Notes: generated by a model from the sequence alone, not told the origin. 64,000 nucleotides of DNA from an uncultured Collinsella sp. (GCA_902469435.1 CABRCR010000008.1:9805-73804), one strand, 5' to 3'. Numbered from the stretch's first letter, positions 1 through 9,492 are shown. Made by a program: numbers and translations.

Positions 1-928
1 AGATGTCGCCAGGATAGGCCTCGCGTCCGGGCGGACGATGCAGCGTCAGCGACATCTGACGGTAGGCCACAGCCTGCTTGGACAGGTCGTCGTAGATGAC
101 GAGCACGTGGCCGCCGGGGTTGGTCTCGCTGGCGGGCTTGCCGTCCTTGCCGTTGTACATGAAGAACTCGCCGATAGCGGCACCGGCCATAGGCGCGATG
201 TACTGCATAGGGGCGGAATCGGCAGCGGTGGCCGAAACGATGATGGTGTAGTCGAGCGCACCGTGCTGAGCGAGGGTCTCGCGGATGTTGGCAACCGTGG
301 AGGCCTTCTGGCCGATGGCGACATAGATGCAGACCATGCCCTTGCCGCGCTGGTTGAGAATAGCGTCGATGGCGATGGCGGTCTTACCGGTCTTACGGTC
401 GCCGATGATGAGCTCACGCTGACCGCGGCCAATAGGCACCATGGAGTCGATAGCGAGCAGACCGGTCTGAACCGGCTCGCACACCGGGGTACGGTCGATG
501 ACGCCGGGGGCCTTGAACTCGATGGGGCGACGGTGCGTAGCGACGATGTCGCCTAGGCCGTCGATGGGCTGGCCGAGCGGATTGACGACGCGGCCGAGCA
601 TGGCGCGGCTCACGGGGATATCCATAATGCGGCCAGTGGTGCGGCACTCGTCGCCTTCCTTGATGGAGTCGACGGCACCGAACAGAACGGCGCCGACCTC
701 GTCACGGTCAAGGTTCTGGGCAAGGCCGAAGACGGTCTCACCGGTATCGGAGCTCTTGAACTCCAGAAGCTCGCCTGCCATGGCGCTCTTGAGGCCGGAG
801 ACGCGCGCGATGCCGTCGCCTACCTCGTCGACCGTTGAAACCTCATGCGTATCGACCGTCGCGGAGAGGCTCGTGAGCTGCTCCTGCAGTTTCTTGGCGA
901 TATCCTGGGCATTGAGGGTTTCGGACAT
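1..928 (-). CDS. atpA: F1Fo ATP synthase subunit alpha (5' part; runs off the left edge of the window)
   Basis: Manual translation from ATG at 928: [18 protein letters not shown]...[14 protein letters not shown]; contains [17 protein letters not shown] (Walker A region). Start overlaps the atpH stop (TAATG). Confidence 0.97.
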   Translation of the reverse strand, partial: MSETLNAQDIAKKLQEQLTSLSATVDTHEVSTVDEVGDGIARVSGLKSAMAGELLEFKSSDTGETVFGLAQNLDRDEVGAVLFGAVDSIKEGDECRTTGRIMDIPVSRAMLGRVVNPLGQPIDGLGDIVATHRRPIEFKAPGVIDRTPVCEPVQTGLLAIDSMVPIGRGQRELIIGDRKTGKTAIAIDAILNQRGKGMVCIYVAIGQKASTVANIRETLAQHGALDYTIIVSATAADSAPMQYIAPMAGAAIGEFFMYNGKDGKPASETNPGGHVLVIYDDLSKQAVAYRQMSLTLHRPPGREAYPGDI

Positions 929-1404
929 TAGGCTTCACCTCCGTACGAATTAGCAGAGTTTGCGAGGGTCTCCTGCGCGATGCGCAGCTGCGTCTTGACG
1001 GAAATATCACGACGCTCGCCGCGGGCCTCGAGCACCAGGCCGCCCACGATAGACGGGTCGACCTGCTCGATAAGGAATACCTTGCGGCCGAAGTCCTGCT
1101 CGCATTTCTTAGTGATGGTTTGACGCAGCTCGTCGTCGAGCGGGATCGCCGTGGTGACGGTCACGCCCACTACATCCTCGTCTTCCTCGGCAACATACTT
1201 AAAGGCAGCTGCCACCTTGGGAAGAAGGTCGAGCTGGTCGCGCTTGGACATGGTGTCGAGCACGGCGATGATCTCGGGGCTGGCAGAAGCCAAGCGCTCG
1301 ATCATCTCGAGGTCCTCGAACACATGGTTCTCGGCCTTAGCGGCTTCCAGAAGGGAGCGCGCGTAGGTCTCGAGCACCTTGTCCCGATAGCGGCTAGTCG
1401 GCAT
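928..1404 (-). CDS. atpH: ATP synthase F1 subunit delta
   Basis: [10 protein letters not shown]-terminus, VTTAIPL and [10 protein letters not shown]...DISVKTQL C-terminal OSCP/delta motifs; lies between atpF and atpA. Confidence 0.93.
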   Translation of the reverse strand: MPTSRYRDKVLETYARSLLEAAKAENHVFEDLEMIERLASASPEIIAVLDTMSKRDQLDLLPKVAAAFKYVAEEDEDVVGVTVTTAIPLDDELRQTITKKCEQDFGRKVFLIEQVDPSIVGGLVLEARGERRDISVKTQLRIAQETLANSANSYGGEA

Positions 1405-1996
1405 TCAGGCTACCTGCTTCCTGGATGTAGCGCTCGATGAGCTTCTTCTGCTCGGTCTCGTCCTCGAGTGCCTCGCCCACGATCTTGGTGGCGACGGCAA
1501 CGGACAGGTCGGCGATGGAGCTCGCGGCACCGGCGTAAATGGACTTGCGCTCGTCCTCGACGGTCGTATGGGCCTTGGCGATGATCTCCTCGGCCTCCTT
1601 GTGAGCAGCCTCGATGATACGGGCGCGCTCGGACTCGGCGTCCTTACGGGCCTCGAGAACGATGTCGGCAGCCTGACGACGGGCGTCGGTGACGATCGAG
1701 TCGGACTCAGCGCGCTTGGCGATAGCCTCCTGCTTGGTCTTCTCGGCCTCGTCGAGGCTCTCCTCGATCTTCTTGCCGCGCTCCTCCATGGTTTTCATGA
1801 TGCCCGGCAGGGCGACCTTGGCCAGCACGATCCAGATAATCAGGAAGGCGATAAGCGCCGGGATGAACTCCGCCATCTTAGGGATGAGGATGTCCGCACC
1901 GGCAGCGCCGTCCTCGGCGAACGCGGAAACCGGCATGAGCAGCGCGGCCGCGGACGCGGAGAGTGCGATCGCGCTCTTCTGGGATGAAAGATTCAT
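1394..1996 (-). CDS. atpF: ATP synthase Fo subunit b
   Basis: N-terminal hydrophobic segments followed by a long charged coiled coil; operon position. Confidence 0.93.
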   Translation of the reverse strand: MNLSSQKSAIALSASAAALLMPVSAFAEDGAAGADILIPKMAEFIPALIAFLIIWIVLAKVALPGIMKTMEERGKKIEESLDEAEKTKQEAIAKRAESDSIVTDARRQAADIVLEARKDAESERARIIEAAHKEAEEIIAKAHTTVEDERKSIYAGAASSIADLSVAVATKIVGEALEDETEQKKLIERYIQEAGSLNAD

Positions 1997-2011
1997 ACTT
2001 GACGCTCCGTG

Positions 2012-2206
2012 CTATTTAACGATCAGCGCGACAACGAAGCCGATCAGAGCCAGAGCCTCGCCGAAGGCGGAGCCCATGATGAAGACGGTGAACACGCGGC
2101 CCTGGACCTCAGGCTGACGGGCCATAGCACCCGTAGCACCCAGAGCAGACAGGCCGATAGCAAGACCAGCGCCGATAACACCGAGACCGTAACCGATAAC
2201 TCCCAC
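2012..2206 (-). CDS. atpE: ATP synthase Fo subunit c
   Basis: Gly-rich helix, RQPE loop, conserved Glu in FGEALAL; GTG start after an AAAGGAGG SD. Confidence 0.96.
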   Translation of the reverse strand: MGVIGYGLGVIGAGLAIGLSALGATGAMARQPEVQGRVFTVFIMGSAFGEALALIGFVVALIVK

Positions 2207-2330
2207 GATTCCTCCTTTGTCGTGCGTGTCTTATTTCACGCAGGATAACCTTTTTATAACTGCCGGGCTCCATGGGTACGGGCACCGGCGGTTTAACGAA
2301 TTGCCTTACCTTGAAGACGCGAACGGAAGC

Positions 2331-3134
2331 CTACTCCTCCTCCGCAACCTCCTCTGCCTCAGAGACATACACGGCGGTAAGGACCGTGAAGACGTAAGCC
2401 TGGATGGCGCCGACCACAAGCTCGATCGCATAGATCAGGATGAGGATGGCAAGCCAGGCCAGCGAAGGCAGGGCGCCGACGGCGTGCGCCGCGGAAACCT
2501 GCTGAAGCAGCGGCTGCATGAACATGCTCGCCATGATGGCGAACGAACCCATGACCACGTGTCCTGCGAACATGTTGCAGAACAGACGGACGGCGAGCGT
2601 GATGAGGCGCAGGAAGGTCGAAAAGAGCTCGACGACCCACACGAGCACGTTCATCGGGAAGCTCACGCCCTGCGGGGCGAGGCTCTTGATGTAGCCGATC
2701 ACGCCGTGAGCCTTGCATCCGTAGTAGATGAAGTACACGAAGGCGAAGATGGCGAGCGCGGCGGTGGAGCCGATTGCGCCGGTGCCGGGCTTCATTCCCG
2801 GGATCAGGCCGATCATGTTATTGATCAGGATGAACAGGAAAAGCGAGCACAGGAACGGGAAGTGCTTCTTCCAGTTCTCACCCACGACGCCCTTGCCGAT
2901 ATCGTTCTCGACGTACTCGATGATGTACTCGAAACCGTTGACGAAGAAGCCCTTGGGAACCAGGGTCTGCTTCTTCTTGAACACGGCCAGGACGATCAGG
3001 AGCACGATCGTGGAGACGATCAGCCAAAACGAGTACTGCGTGATGCCGCAGCTCAGATCGCCCACGACAGGGGTGGAGCTGAACTCGCTGACCAGATGAT
3101 TAATCTCATCAGGCAGCTTTTCAAAAATTTCCAC
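2331..3134 (-). CDS. atpB: ATP synthase Fo subunit a
   Basis: LITLAVRLFCNMFAGH and IQAYVFTVLTAVY motifs; multiple TM helices. Confidence 0.97.
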   Translation of the reverse strand: MEIFEKLPDEINHLVSEFSSTPVVGDLSCGITQYSFWLIVSTIVLLIVLAVFKKKQTLVPKGFFVNGFEYIIEYVENDIGKGVVGENWKKHFPFLCSLFLFILINNMIGLIPGMKPGTGAIGSTAALAIFAFVYFIYYGCKAHGVIGYIKSLAPQGVSFPMNVLVWVVELFSTFLRLITLAVRLFCNMFAGHVVMGSFAIMASMFMQPLLQQVSAAHAVGALPSLAWLAILILIYAIELVVGAIQAYVFTVLTAVYVSEAEEVAEEE

Positions 3135-3137
3135 GAC

Positions 3138-3449
3138 TTACCTTTCGACCTCATGAGGATCTCGCAGCGCCTTGGCGACGCGAACCGTGCAGGCGGCCAT
3201 AAAGGCCACGAAGCCGATCGCCTCGCCCAGGAGGAACATACGAAATGCCTCTCCGAACAACGCAAACACAACCAAGGTAAAGACAAGCAACGCGATCGCC
3301 GAGACCGCGAGACTCACCATGCCCTTGAGCATGTCCGCATTCTGTTTATCGTCAAGAACCGGCTTGAGCGTAAAAACAAAGGGAAGGAAGGCAATTGCGC
3401 CCGCGATGGCGCCTGCAACGATAGCGAGCAGATCGGCTATCTGAAACAC
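3138..3449 (-). CDS. Small membrane protein heading the atp operon (AtpI-like by position)
   Basis: About 103 aa, 3-4 hydrophobic helices; probable GTG start at 3449 after GAGGAAG; immediately upstream of atpB. Confidence 0.6.
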   Translation of the reverse strand: MFQIADLLAIVAGAIAGAIAFLPFVFTLKPVLDDKQNADMLKGMVSLAVSAIALLVFTLVVFALFGEAFRMFLLGEAIGFVAFMAACTVRVAKALRDPHEVER

Positions 3450-3510
3450 TGGCTTCCTCGCTTTCCTTTTTAACGCCTCACAGCACAGTCCCAGCCAAAC
3501 ATTGGTGACT

Positions 3511-3591
3511 ATTGTACGAGCCAATCGCTAAAGTACAACCGTAAAACAAACGGTTAATACGCACCTGTACGTTTTCTTAAGGCCTTCTTTA
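3511..3591 (-). promoter_or_regulatory. Putative atp operon promoter with 11-bp-periodic upstream boxes
   Basis: TACAAT -10 at 3516-3511; TAAAG/TTAAG/TACAG at 3591, 3580 and 3569 on the minus strand. Confidence 0.4.
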
Positions 3592-3729
3592 TGCCGCAGG
3601 TACGGTAATACGTTTTTTCGAACCCCTCAGCGCAAAACGTCCGTTAACAGAAGTGCGCGTGGACGACTTTTGCTCGCCCGCGCGCACCGTTTCTTCGTAT
3701 TTGCAGCCGCGGTCGTCTTAGTCCAGCGA

Positions 3730-4377
3730 CTAGAGCGTGCCGTAGATACGGTCGCCGGCGTCGCCCAGGCCGGGAACGATGTAGGCAGCCTCGTTGAGAT
3801 GGTCGTCGATGGCGCAGGTATAGATATGCACATCAGAATCCTTCTCAGTCAGCGACTTGAGGCCCTCGGGGGCCGCGACGATGCACAGCATGCGGATGTC
3901 CTTGACACCGCGCTCGCGCAGGTAGCTGATGGCCATCTCGGCCGAACCGCCCGTGGCGAGCATGGGGTCGACAACCAGGCAGATGCGCTGGTCGATATCC
4001 TTGGGCATCTTGCAGTAATACTCGTGCGGCTCGTGGGTGACCTCGTCGCGCTCCATGCCGATGTGGCCCACGCGAGCGGAGGGCACCAAGTCGAGAATGC
4101 CGTCGACCATTCCAAGGCCCGCACGCAGGATGGGCACGATGGCGAGTTTCTTGCCGGCGAGCTGTTTGAACGTGGCGGTAGTGATGGGGGTCTCGACCTC
4201 GACGTCTTCCATAGGCAGGTCGCGCATGGCCTCGTAGCCGTCAAAAAGCGCGAGTTCGCGCACGAGCTGGCGGAACTGGTTGGTGCCGGTGTTTTTGTCG
4301 CGCAGGATCGACAGCTTGTGCTGGACGAGCGGGTGATCGACAAGCGTCACACGGGACGTATCGTAGGTGACGGTCAT
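3730..4377 (-). CDS. upp: Uracil phosphoribosyltransferase
   Basis: [34 protein letters not shown] and [12 protein letters not shown] motifs; start taken at ATG 4377. Confidence 0.97.
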   Translation of the reverse strand: MTVTYDTSRVTLVDHPLVQHKLSILRDKNTGTNQFRQLVRELALFDGYEAMRDLPMEDVEVETPITTATFKQLAGKKLAIVPILRAGLGMVDGILDLVPSARVGHIGMERDEVTHEPHEYYCKMPKDIDQRICLVVDPMLATGGSAEMAISYLRERGVKDIRMLCIVAAPEGLKSLTEKDSDVHIYTCAIDDHLNEAAYIVPGLGDAGDRIYGTL

Positions 4378-4500
4378 GGGTTGATTGTCCCTTTCGTTGC
4401 GGCCGCAATACGGCCTTGCTGACAAGGCGCGCAGCAATGTTGCCGCCGCACGCCATGCATTAGTTTAGCGGTTTGTTGTATCGAGCAGCCCATCGCAGCC

Positions 4501-6042
4501 CTACTGTGCGGTACTGAGCGAGCGCCTGACTGCATCACGCCAGCCCGCAAGGTTTTGTTCGCGGCGCTCGGCGGACATGTGGGGAAGGAAGGTCCTAACG
4601 ATCTGGGCATTTTGCTCCAGCTCTTCTAGGTCTTCCCAATAGCCGACGGCAAGACCCGCCAAGTACGCGGCACCGATTGCCGTGGTCTCCACCGTCTCGC
4701 ATTGCAGCACGGGGATATCCAGCAGGTCGGCCTGGAATTGCATGATGAACTCGTTGCGCGAGGCACCGCCATCGACAGACAGGCGCTCAATCGAAAGCCC
4801 CACGTCCTGCTCCATGGCGCGCAACACGTCGTAGCTCTGATATGCCATGGATTCGCAGGCGGCACGTACGATGGTCGCACGGCTCGAGGCGCCGGTCAGA
4901 CCGCACACGATACCGCGGGCATGCGGGTCCCACCAGGGAGCGCCCAAACCCGCAAAGGCGGGAACGAAGTAGCAGCCCTCGTTGTCGCTAATCGAAGCGG
5001 CGAGTTGTGCCGACTCGCTCACGCTCGAGATGATGCCCATGTTGTTGCGAAGCCAGTTCATCGTTGAGCCGGCGGCAAAAATAGAGCCCTCGAGCGCATA
5101 GCTGACTTTGCCGTCCGCAGCGATACCGATGGTGGAGACCAGGCCATTCTTGGATTCGACGATCTCGTCGCCGGTGTTCATGAGCATAAAGCAGCCCGTG
5201 CCATAGGTGTTTTTGGTCTGACCGGGACGGAAACAGCAGTGGCCGAACAGCGATGCCTGCTGGTCGCCCGCCACACCCATGATGGGCGGCATGTTGGTCA
5301 TGATGTCGCTCGCGACGCGGCCGTAGTCGCCCGAGCTCCAGCGAACCTCGGGCATCATGGAACGTGGAACGTCAAAGAGTGCCAGCAGGTCGTCGTCCCA
5401 ATCGAGCGTATGGATATTAAAGAGTGCCGTGCGGCTGGCATTGGTGTAGTCGGTGGCAAAGACCTGGCCGCCGGTGAGGTTGTAGATGAGCCAGGTGTCG
5501 ATGGTGCCAAACATGAGGTCGCCCGCCGCCGCGCTCTCGCGTGCGCCGTCGACGTTGTCGAGAATCCACTGCACCTTGGAGGCCGAGAAATACGGGTCGA
5601 GCGTGAGTCCCGTGCGGGAGCGCACCAGCCCTTCTGCGCCCTGCTCGACAAGCTCGTCGATCAGAGGTGCGGTACGGCGGCACTGCCATACGATGGCGTT
5701 ATAGATCGGCTGACCGCTCACACGGTCCCAGACCACCGTGGTCTCGCGCTGGTTGGAGATGCCGATGGCGGCAATGCGGTCGGAGTGGATACCGCTCTTA
5801 AACTGGACTTCCATCATGACCGCGATCTGGCTGGCAAGGACCGCCATGGGGTCTTGCTCTACCCAACCGGGACGCGGAAAACTCGTTTTTACGCTGCGAC
5901 GTGCCTGCGCGACGATGCAGCCGTACTCGTCGACGATGGTCGCAAGTACCGAGGTGGTGCCGCAGTCGAGCGCCATGATGTAGGAACCGCCAAAGTCAAA
6001 CGAGGCATCTTCCATGCCCAGGCTGCCCAGATTCAACGACAT
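4501..6042 (-). CDS. glpK: Glycerol kinase (FGGY family)
   Basis: DxGTTS, GWVEQDP, NQRETTVVWD, GDQQASLFG, KNTYGTGCF and FAGLGAPWWD motifs. Confidence 0.92.
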   Translation of the reverse strand: MSLNLGSLGMEDASFDFGGSYIMALDCGTTSVLATIVDEYGCIVAQARRSVKTSFPRPGWVEQDPMAVLASQIAVMMEVQFKSGIHSDRIAAIGISNQRETTVVWDRVSGQPIYNAIVWQCRRTAPLIDELVEQGAEGLVRSRTGLTLDPYFSASKVQWILDNVDGARESAAAGDLMFGTIDTWLIYNLTGGQVFATDYTNASRTALFNIHTLDWDDDLLALFDVPRSMMPEVRWSSGDYGRVASDIMTNMPPIMGVAGDQQASLFGHCCFRPGQTKNTYGTGCFMLMNTGDEIVESKNGLVSTIGIAADGKVSYALEGSIFAAGSTMNWLRNNMGIISSVSESAQLAASISDNEGCYFVPAFAGLGAPWWDPHARGIVCGLTGASSRATIVRAACESMAYQSYDVLRAMEQDVGLSIERLSVDGGASRNEFIMQFQADLLDIPVLQCETVETTAIGAAYLAGLAVGYWEDLEELEQNAQIVRTFLPHMSAERREQNLAGWRDAVRRSLSTAQ

Positions 6043-6055
6043 CGCTTAAACCTTT

Positions 6056-6799
6056 CTATTGCATCGGGTCGGACAGGACCCGTTCGATCTCTGATGCGGG
6101 AAGTGCGCCTTGGCGCAGGATCTGGAGCCCGCCGTGCTGAAACGACACGATGGTCGAGGCGTCGCGACACGGGGTCTCACCGGCGTCGACGGCAACATCG
6201 ACCCCCTCCAGGATGCGACCCTCGACGGCGGCAAAGCTTGCCGGCGAGGGCGCGCCGTGCGTGTTGGCGCTCGTACAGGCAAGGGGGCTGCCGCAGGCGC
6301 GAATGAGCGCTTGGACCACGGGAGAGGCCGAAGCGCGCAGGGCCACGGTGTCGTCGGCAGCGCGCATAAAGGTCGGCACACAGGGAGCTGCCTTGACCAC
6401 GATAGTCAGGGCTCCCGGCCAGCATCGTCGCGCGAGTATGCGGGCATCTTCCGGGATATCCACGCCATAGCGATCGAGTGCTTCGACGCCATCGACCAGC
6501 CAAGCGACGGTTTGCGTGAGCTCACGTTGCTTGAGAGTGAAGATACGGCGATAGCCGGTGCCGAGCGCAGGAACTGCGGCGCCATTGACGGCAGCCTGCG
6601 GATCGCGCGGCCACGATGGGAATTCGCTTGTATCTTGGGGCACGGCGTCCGAGAAGGCGCTGACTGCCACGGCGACACCGTAGACGGTCTCGGTCGGGAT
6701 CAAAGCCAGGCCGCCGCGGCCGAGCACCTCGGCCGTGCGCTCGACGGCAAGCCGATGCGGCTCGCGCGTTCCCTCGTATACCCGATAGACCGTCTGCAT
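6056..6799 (-). CDS. tsaC: L-threonylcarbamoyladenylate synthase (TsaC/YrdC/Sua5 domain)
   Basis: PTETVYG, KxR, WPGALTIV, TSAN, STIV and ILRQGA motifs; canonical neighbour of prfA-prmC. Confidence 0.88.
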   Translation of the reverse strand: MQTVYRVYEGTREPHRLAVERTAEVLGRGGLALIPTETVYGVAVAVSAFSDAVPQDTSEFPSWPRDPQAAVNGAAVPALGTGYRRIFTLKQRELTQTVAWLVDGVEALDRYGVDIPEDARILARRCWPGALTIVVKAAPCVPTFMRAADDTVALRASASPVVQALIRACGSPLACTSANTHGAPSPASFAAVEGRILEGVDVAVDAGETPCRDASTIVSFQHGGLQILRQGALPASEIERVLSDPMQ

Positions 6800-6933
6800 G
6801 TGTATGCCAGCCCCTTACGCTCTGGTGCAAGTTTGTTTACTGTGGGGCATTCTCGCACGAAACGTTCAATCTATTTGCCCAGAGCGCATGTTGGTTTGGT
6901 GAGCGGCTCTAGTAGTCGGTGAAAGTGAGGGGG

Positions 6934-7380
6934 TTATTGGACTGCGACGAACTTCTTTGGCCTGCCGGCGTGGCGTTCTTGGGCGGCGTAGCGCTCGATG
7001 CTGTCTATCGTTATCATCCGACGGCCGTCGACGAGTTCAACATCGAGCTTTCCGGCTTTGACCAGCGCGGTAATCCGCGGAGCGGAGACTTTGAGGTCCA
7101 GCGCTGCGTCTTTAAATGTTCGGCACGCCGCTTCCCGAGCGTCCTCGTGGTCGATTTCGACTGAAAGGGCCACGACCTCGGCCGAGCGTTCGTACCCTGC
7201 CGGAGTCAAACCGTTGTTGAGGTCGTCGGCCAAAAACGCCATCAGTGCCTCGGTGGCATGGGCAATCGCGTCTTCGCGCGTATCGCCATCGGCAAAGGCG
7301 CCGGGAATCTGCGGGAAGCTGGCGCAGTAACCGTCGTCTTCTTTTATGAGAACGCAGTCATAGGTAAATCGCTGCCTCAT
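6934..7380 (-). CDS. hicB: HicB-family antitoxin with C-terminal helix-turn-helix
   Basis: YCASFPQIPGAFADGDTREDAIAHATEAL is the HicB N-terminal signature; directly downstream of hicA. Confidence 0.88.
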   Translation of the reverse strand: MRQRFTYDCVLIKEDDGYCASFPQIPGAFADGDTREDAIAHATEALMAFLADDLNNGLTPAGYERSAEVVALSVEIDHEDAREAACRTFKDAALDLKVSAPRITALVKAGKLDVELVDGRRMITIDSIERYAAQERHAGRPKKFVAVQ

Positions 7381-7391
7381 TTTGCCTCCAA

Positions 7392-7577
7392 CTACCGTCC
7401 AGCTTGGCGACGAATACTTGCCCACGTGCCCTTCTTTGGTCGATCACCACCAGAGCCGTTCACGGTGACAACACGATCGTTAGAAACATACTTAGCATGA
7501 CTACCGACTTGCGCGACCTTCACGAATCCATCGTGCTTGAGTAGGGCAATGATTTCCCGAAAGGTAAGAGGTTGCAT
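7392..7577 (-). CDS. hicA: HicA-family toxin (mRNA interferase)
   Basis: 61 aa, basic; REIIALLKHDGF..VGSH..Y and KGTWASIRRQAG pattern with the catalytic GSH. Confidence 0.88.
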   Translation of the reverse strand: MQPLTFREIIALLKHDGFVKVAQVGSHAKYVSNDRVVTVNGSGGDRPKKGTWASIRRQAGR

Positions 7578-7601
7578 GGACCGACCTCTTTCAGCCGTCC
7601 T

Positions 7602-7623
7602 AATTATAAACTAATTTATAATT
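7602..7623. promoter_or_regulatory. Putative HicB operator / hicAB promoter palindrome
   Basis: AATTATAAA-ctaa-TTTATAATT inverted repeat in an AT-rich patch just upstream of hicA; contains TATAAT. Confidence 0.55.
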
Positions 7624-7645
7624 TTTGTTAACCAGTTAATAAATA

Positions 7646-8896
7646 TTAATGGCGCTGCTTGGGCTCGGTGACGATGGCTCGGACGATGCGGGGGCGATCG
7701 GTAAGGTCATGGACGATACGTACGTCCGAAAGGCCTGCCTGGCGACAGAGCTCGGCCGCGGCATCGAGGGTACCCTCGTAGAGCTCACAGGCAAACAGGC
7801 CGCCGGCGCGCAGCATGTAAGGCGCCGCGTTGAGCAGGCGGCGGAAGATATCGAGGCCGTCGGCGCCGCCCTCGAGCGCCAGGTCGGGCTCAAAGTCCTT
7901 GACCTCGTGCGGCAGCGAGCGCATGACGTCGGTCGGGATGTAAGGTGGGTTGGAGACGAGCACATCAAAGGTGCCCCACTCTTCGCGGGGAATGGAACTC
8001 ACCAGGTTGGTGAGGCTAAAGGCAACCTCATCTGCCGTGAGGCCGAGGGCGTCGCGGTTTTTGGTGGCCAGATCGATGGCGCGCGACTCGATATCGGTGG
8101 CGGTGCAGGTAACGTGGCCGCGGCGCTCCCAGGCAAGGGAGAGCGAAATGCAGCCCGTGCCGCAGCCGACCTCGAGAACGCGGGCAGTGCAGGGCCCGGC
8201 TGGGGCAGGCGCAGCGGTATCCTGAGCTAAAGCCGTCTCCTGGTCGGCACCCTCGATGGCGATGTCGTATTCGTCGAGCTCGGGCTCGGCGGCTTTTGCG
8301 GCTTCGGCTTCTGCTGCTTGCGCGGCGGCTTCCTCGGCCTCGCGATCGGCAAGCTCCTCGGCATAGGCGCGGCTACCGAGCACGTCGCTACCCAGCGCAG
8401 CCTCATCGGCGGCCGTCAGGTTGGCAGCACGGCGCTCGGCGGTCGCGCGTTCGTCGGCCAGCGCCGCCTCAGCTTTGCGGGCCTGCTCGACCTCATCGTT
8501 CCAAGGCAGCTCAACACGCTGACGGGCAGCGGCCTCGGGGCTCAGCACCTCGGCATCCAGATAATTGAGGACTTCCTCGACGAGCATCTCGGTTTCGGGG
8601 CGCGGAATGAGCACACCGGGAGCGCACGCGACGTCAATCATGCGAAACTGCGTGCTGCCGGTGATGTACTGCAGCGGCTCGCCTTTGGCGCGACGAACGA
8701 CGGCCGCATGCATGGTCTCGAGCTGGGCCGCGTTAAGCGTCTCGTCCATACGCATATATAGGTCAATGCGCGCCAGGCCCGTGGCGGCGCACAGCAGCCA
8801 CTCGGCGGAAAGACGGGGATGCTCCTCGCCGCGCTCGGCCAGGTACTCCTTGGTCCACTCGAGACAACGCTTGATGGTCCAGATCTCGTTTGCCAT
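7646..8896 (-). CDS. prmC: Release factor glutamine methyltransferase with long acidic insertion
   Basis: RRAKGEPLQYITG, VLIPRPETE, LEVGCGTG, VSNPPYI and ALEGGADGLD motifs; downstream of prfA; start taken at ATG 8896. Confidence 0.93.
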   Translation of the reverse strand: MANEIWTIKRCLEWTKEYLAERGEEHPRLSAEWLLCAATGLARIDLYMRMDETLNAAQLETMHAAVVRRAKGEPLQYITGSTQFRMIDVACAPGVLIPRPETEMLVEEVLNYLDAEVLSPEAAARQRVELPWNDEVEQARKAEAALADERATAERRAANLTAADEAALGSDVLGSRAYAEELADREAEEAAAQAAEAEAAKAAEPELDEYDIAIEGADQETALAQDTAAPAPAGPCTARVLEVGCGTGCISLSLAWERRGHVTCTATDIESRAIDLATKNRDALGLTADEVAFSLTNLVSSIPREEWGTFDVLVSNPPYIPTDVMRSLPHEVKDFEPDLALEGGADGLDIFRRLLNAAPYMLRAGGLFACELYEGTLDAAAELCRQAGLSDVRIVHDLTDRPRIVRAIVTEPKQRH

Positions 8897-9287
8897 GGGG
8901 CCCTCCCCTCTTAAGCGCCGGGCGGCGCGCGAATGTCGGAGCAGATTGTAAGCGAGGCCAGCGCTTGGCAAGGGACGATTGAAGGCGATTATCGAGAATC
9001 AGCCCAGAATTTTGCTTGGAGCCTGCCTAGAGTGTTCATTCGTCGACGTCTAAATCTGCATCCGTCAAGCTTTTGGCAAGGTTGCCCCAAAACTGACCAA
9101 TATCTAACCAAGAACTTGCCAAATCACTTGACGCGCGACGCGGTAAAAATCACCCCGCGACTTCTTGAACGTTTTTTCGAGCAATATTTTCAATAGCAGA
9201 TGCATGCTATTAATTACTTTGAGCAGGTAGACAGCTCAAATGCCATCACAACTGATTGAATAACATCTCAAAGCAATGTGCCCAACC

Positions 9288-9317
9288 TAGTCATTTAAGA
9301 ACGTCCCCAATGACTAC
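9288..9317. repeat. REP-like repeat, family B copy
   Basis: TAGTCATTTAAGAACGTCCCCAATGACTAC; related copies at 10770-10823 (two, inverted) and 15329-15358. Confidence 0.75.
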
Positions 9318-9352
9318 ATCTAAGGCGCTGCAGGTTGAGCATAAGTCAGCGA

Positions 9353-9492
9353 AAACGCCCCTAAGCGAGCAAGGTGACGTGAAAGAGGAGGGAAGCGTAC
9401 TTTGGGTACGCGACCGACGATTGAACGTCAGATTGCCGCTTAGGGGCGTTTGCAGCGTCGAGCCGTTACGGCGTTTGGTAAAACGCCGTAAC
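9353..9492. repeat. Long palindromic intergenic element ending in a 12-bp hairpin
   Basis: 15-bp IR at 9353-9367/9437-9451 and hairpin GTTACGGCGTTT-ggta-AAACGCCGTAAC at 9465-9492; 9429-9492 recurs at 20755-20818. Confidence 0.8.

Noticed and set aside
2012..2206. Na+-translocating ATP synthase
   Set aside because: The c subunit has E-A rather than the E-S/T plus Q/Y Na+-binding signature, consistent with H+ coupling.
8190..8560. Intein in PrmC
   Set aside because: No N-terminal Cys/Ser splice motif or C-terminal His-Asn, and no endonuclease motifs; low-complexity composition.
8933..9196. 87-aa ORF between prmC and prfA
   Set aside because: Opposite to the operon direction, atypical codon usage, no motif or clear SD.
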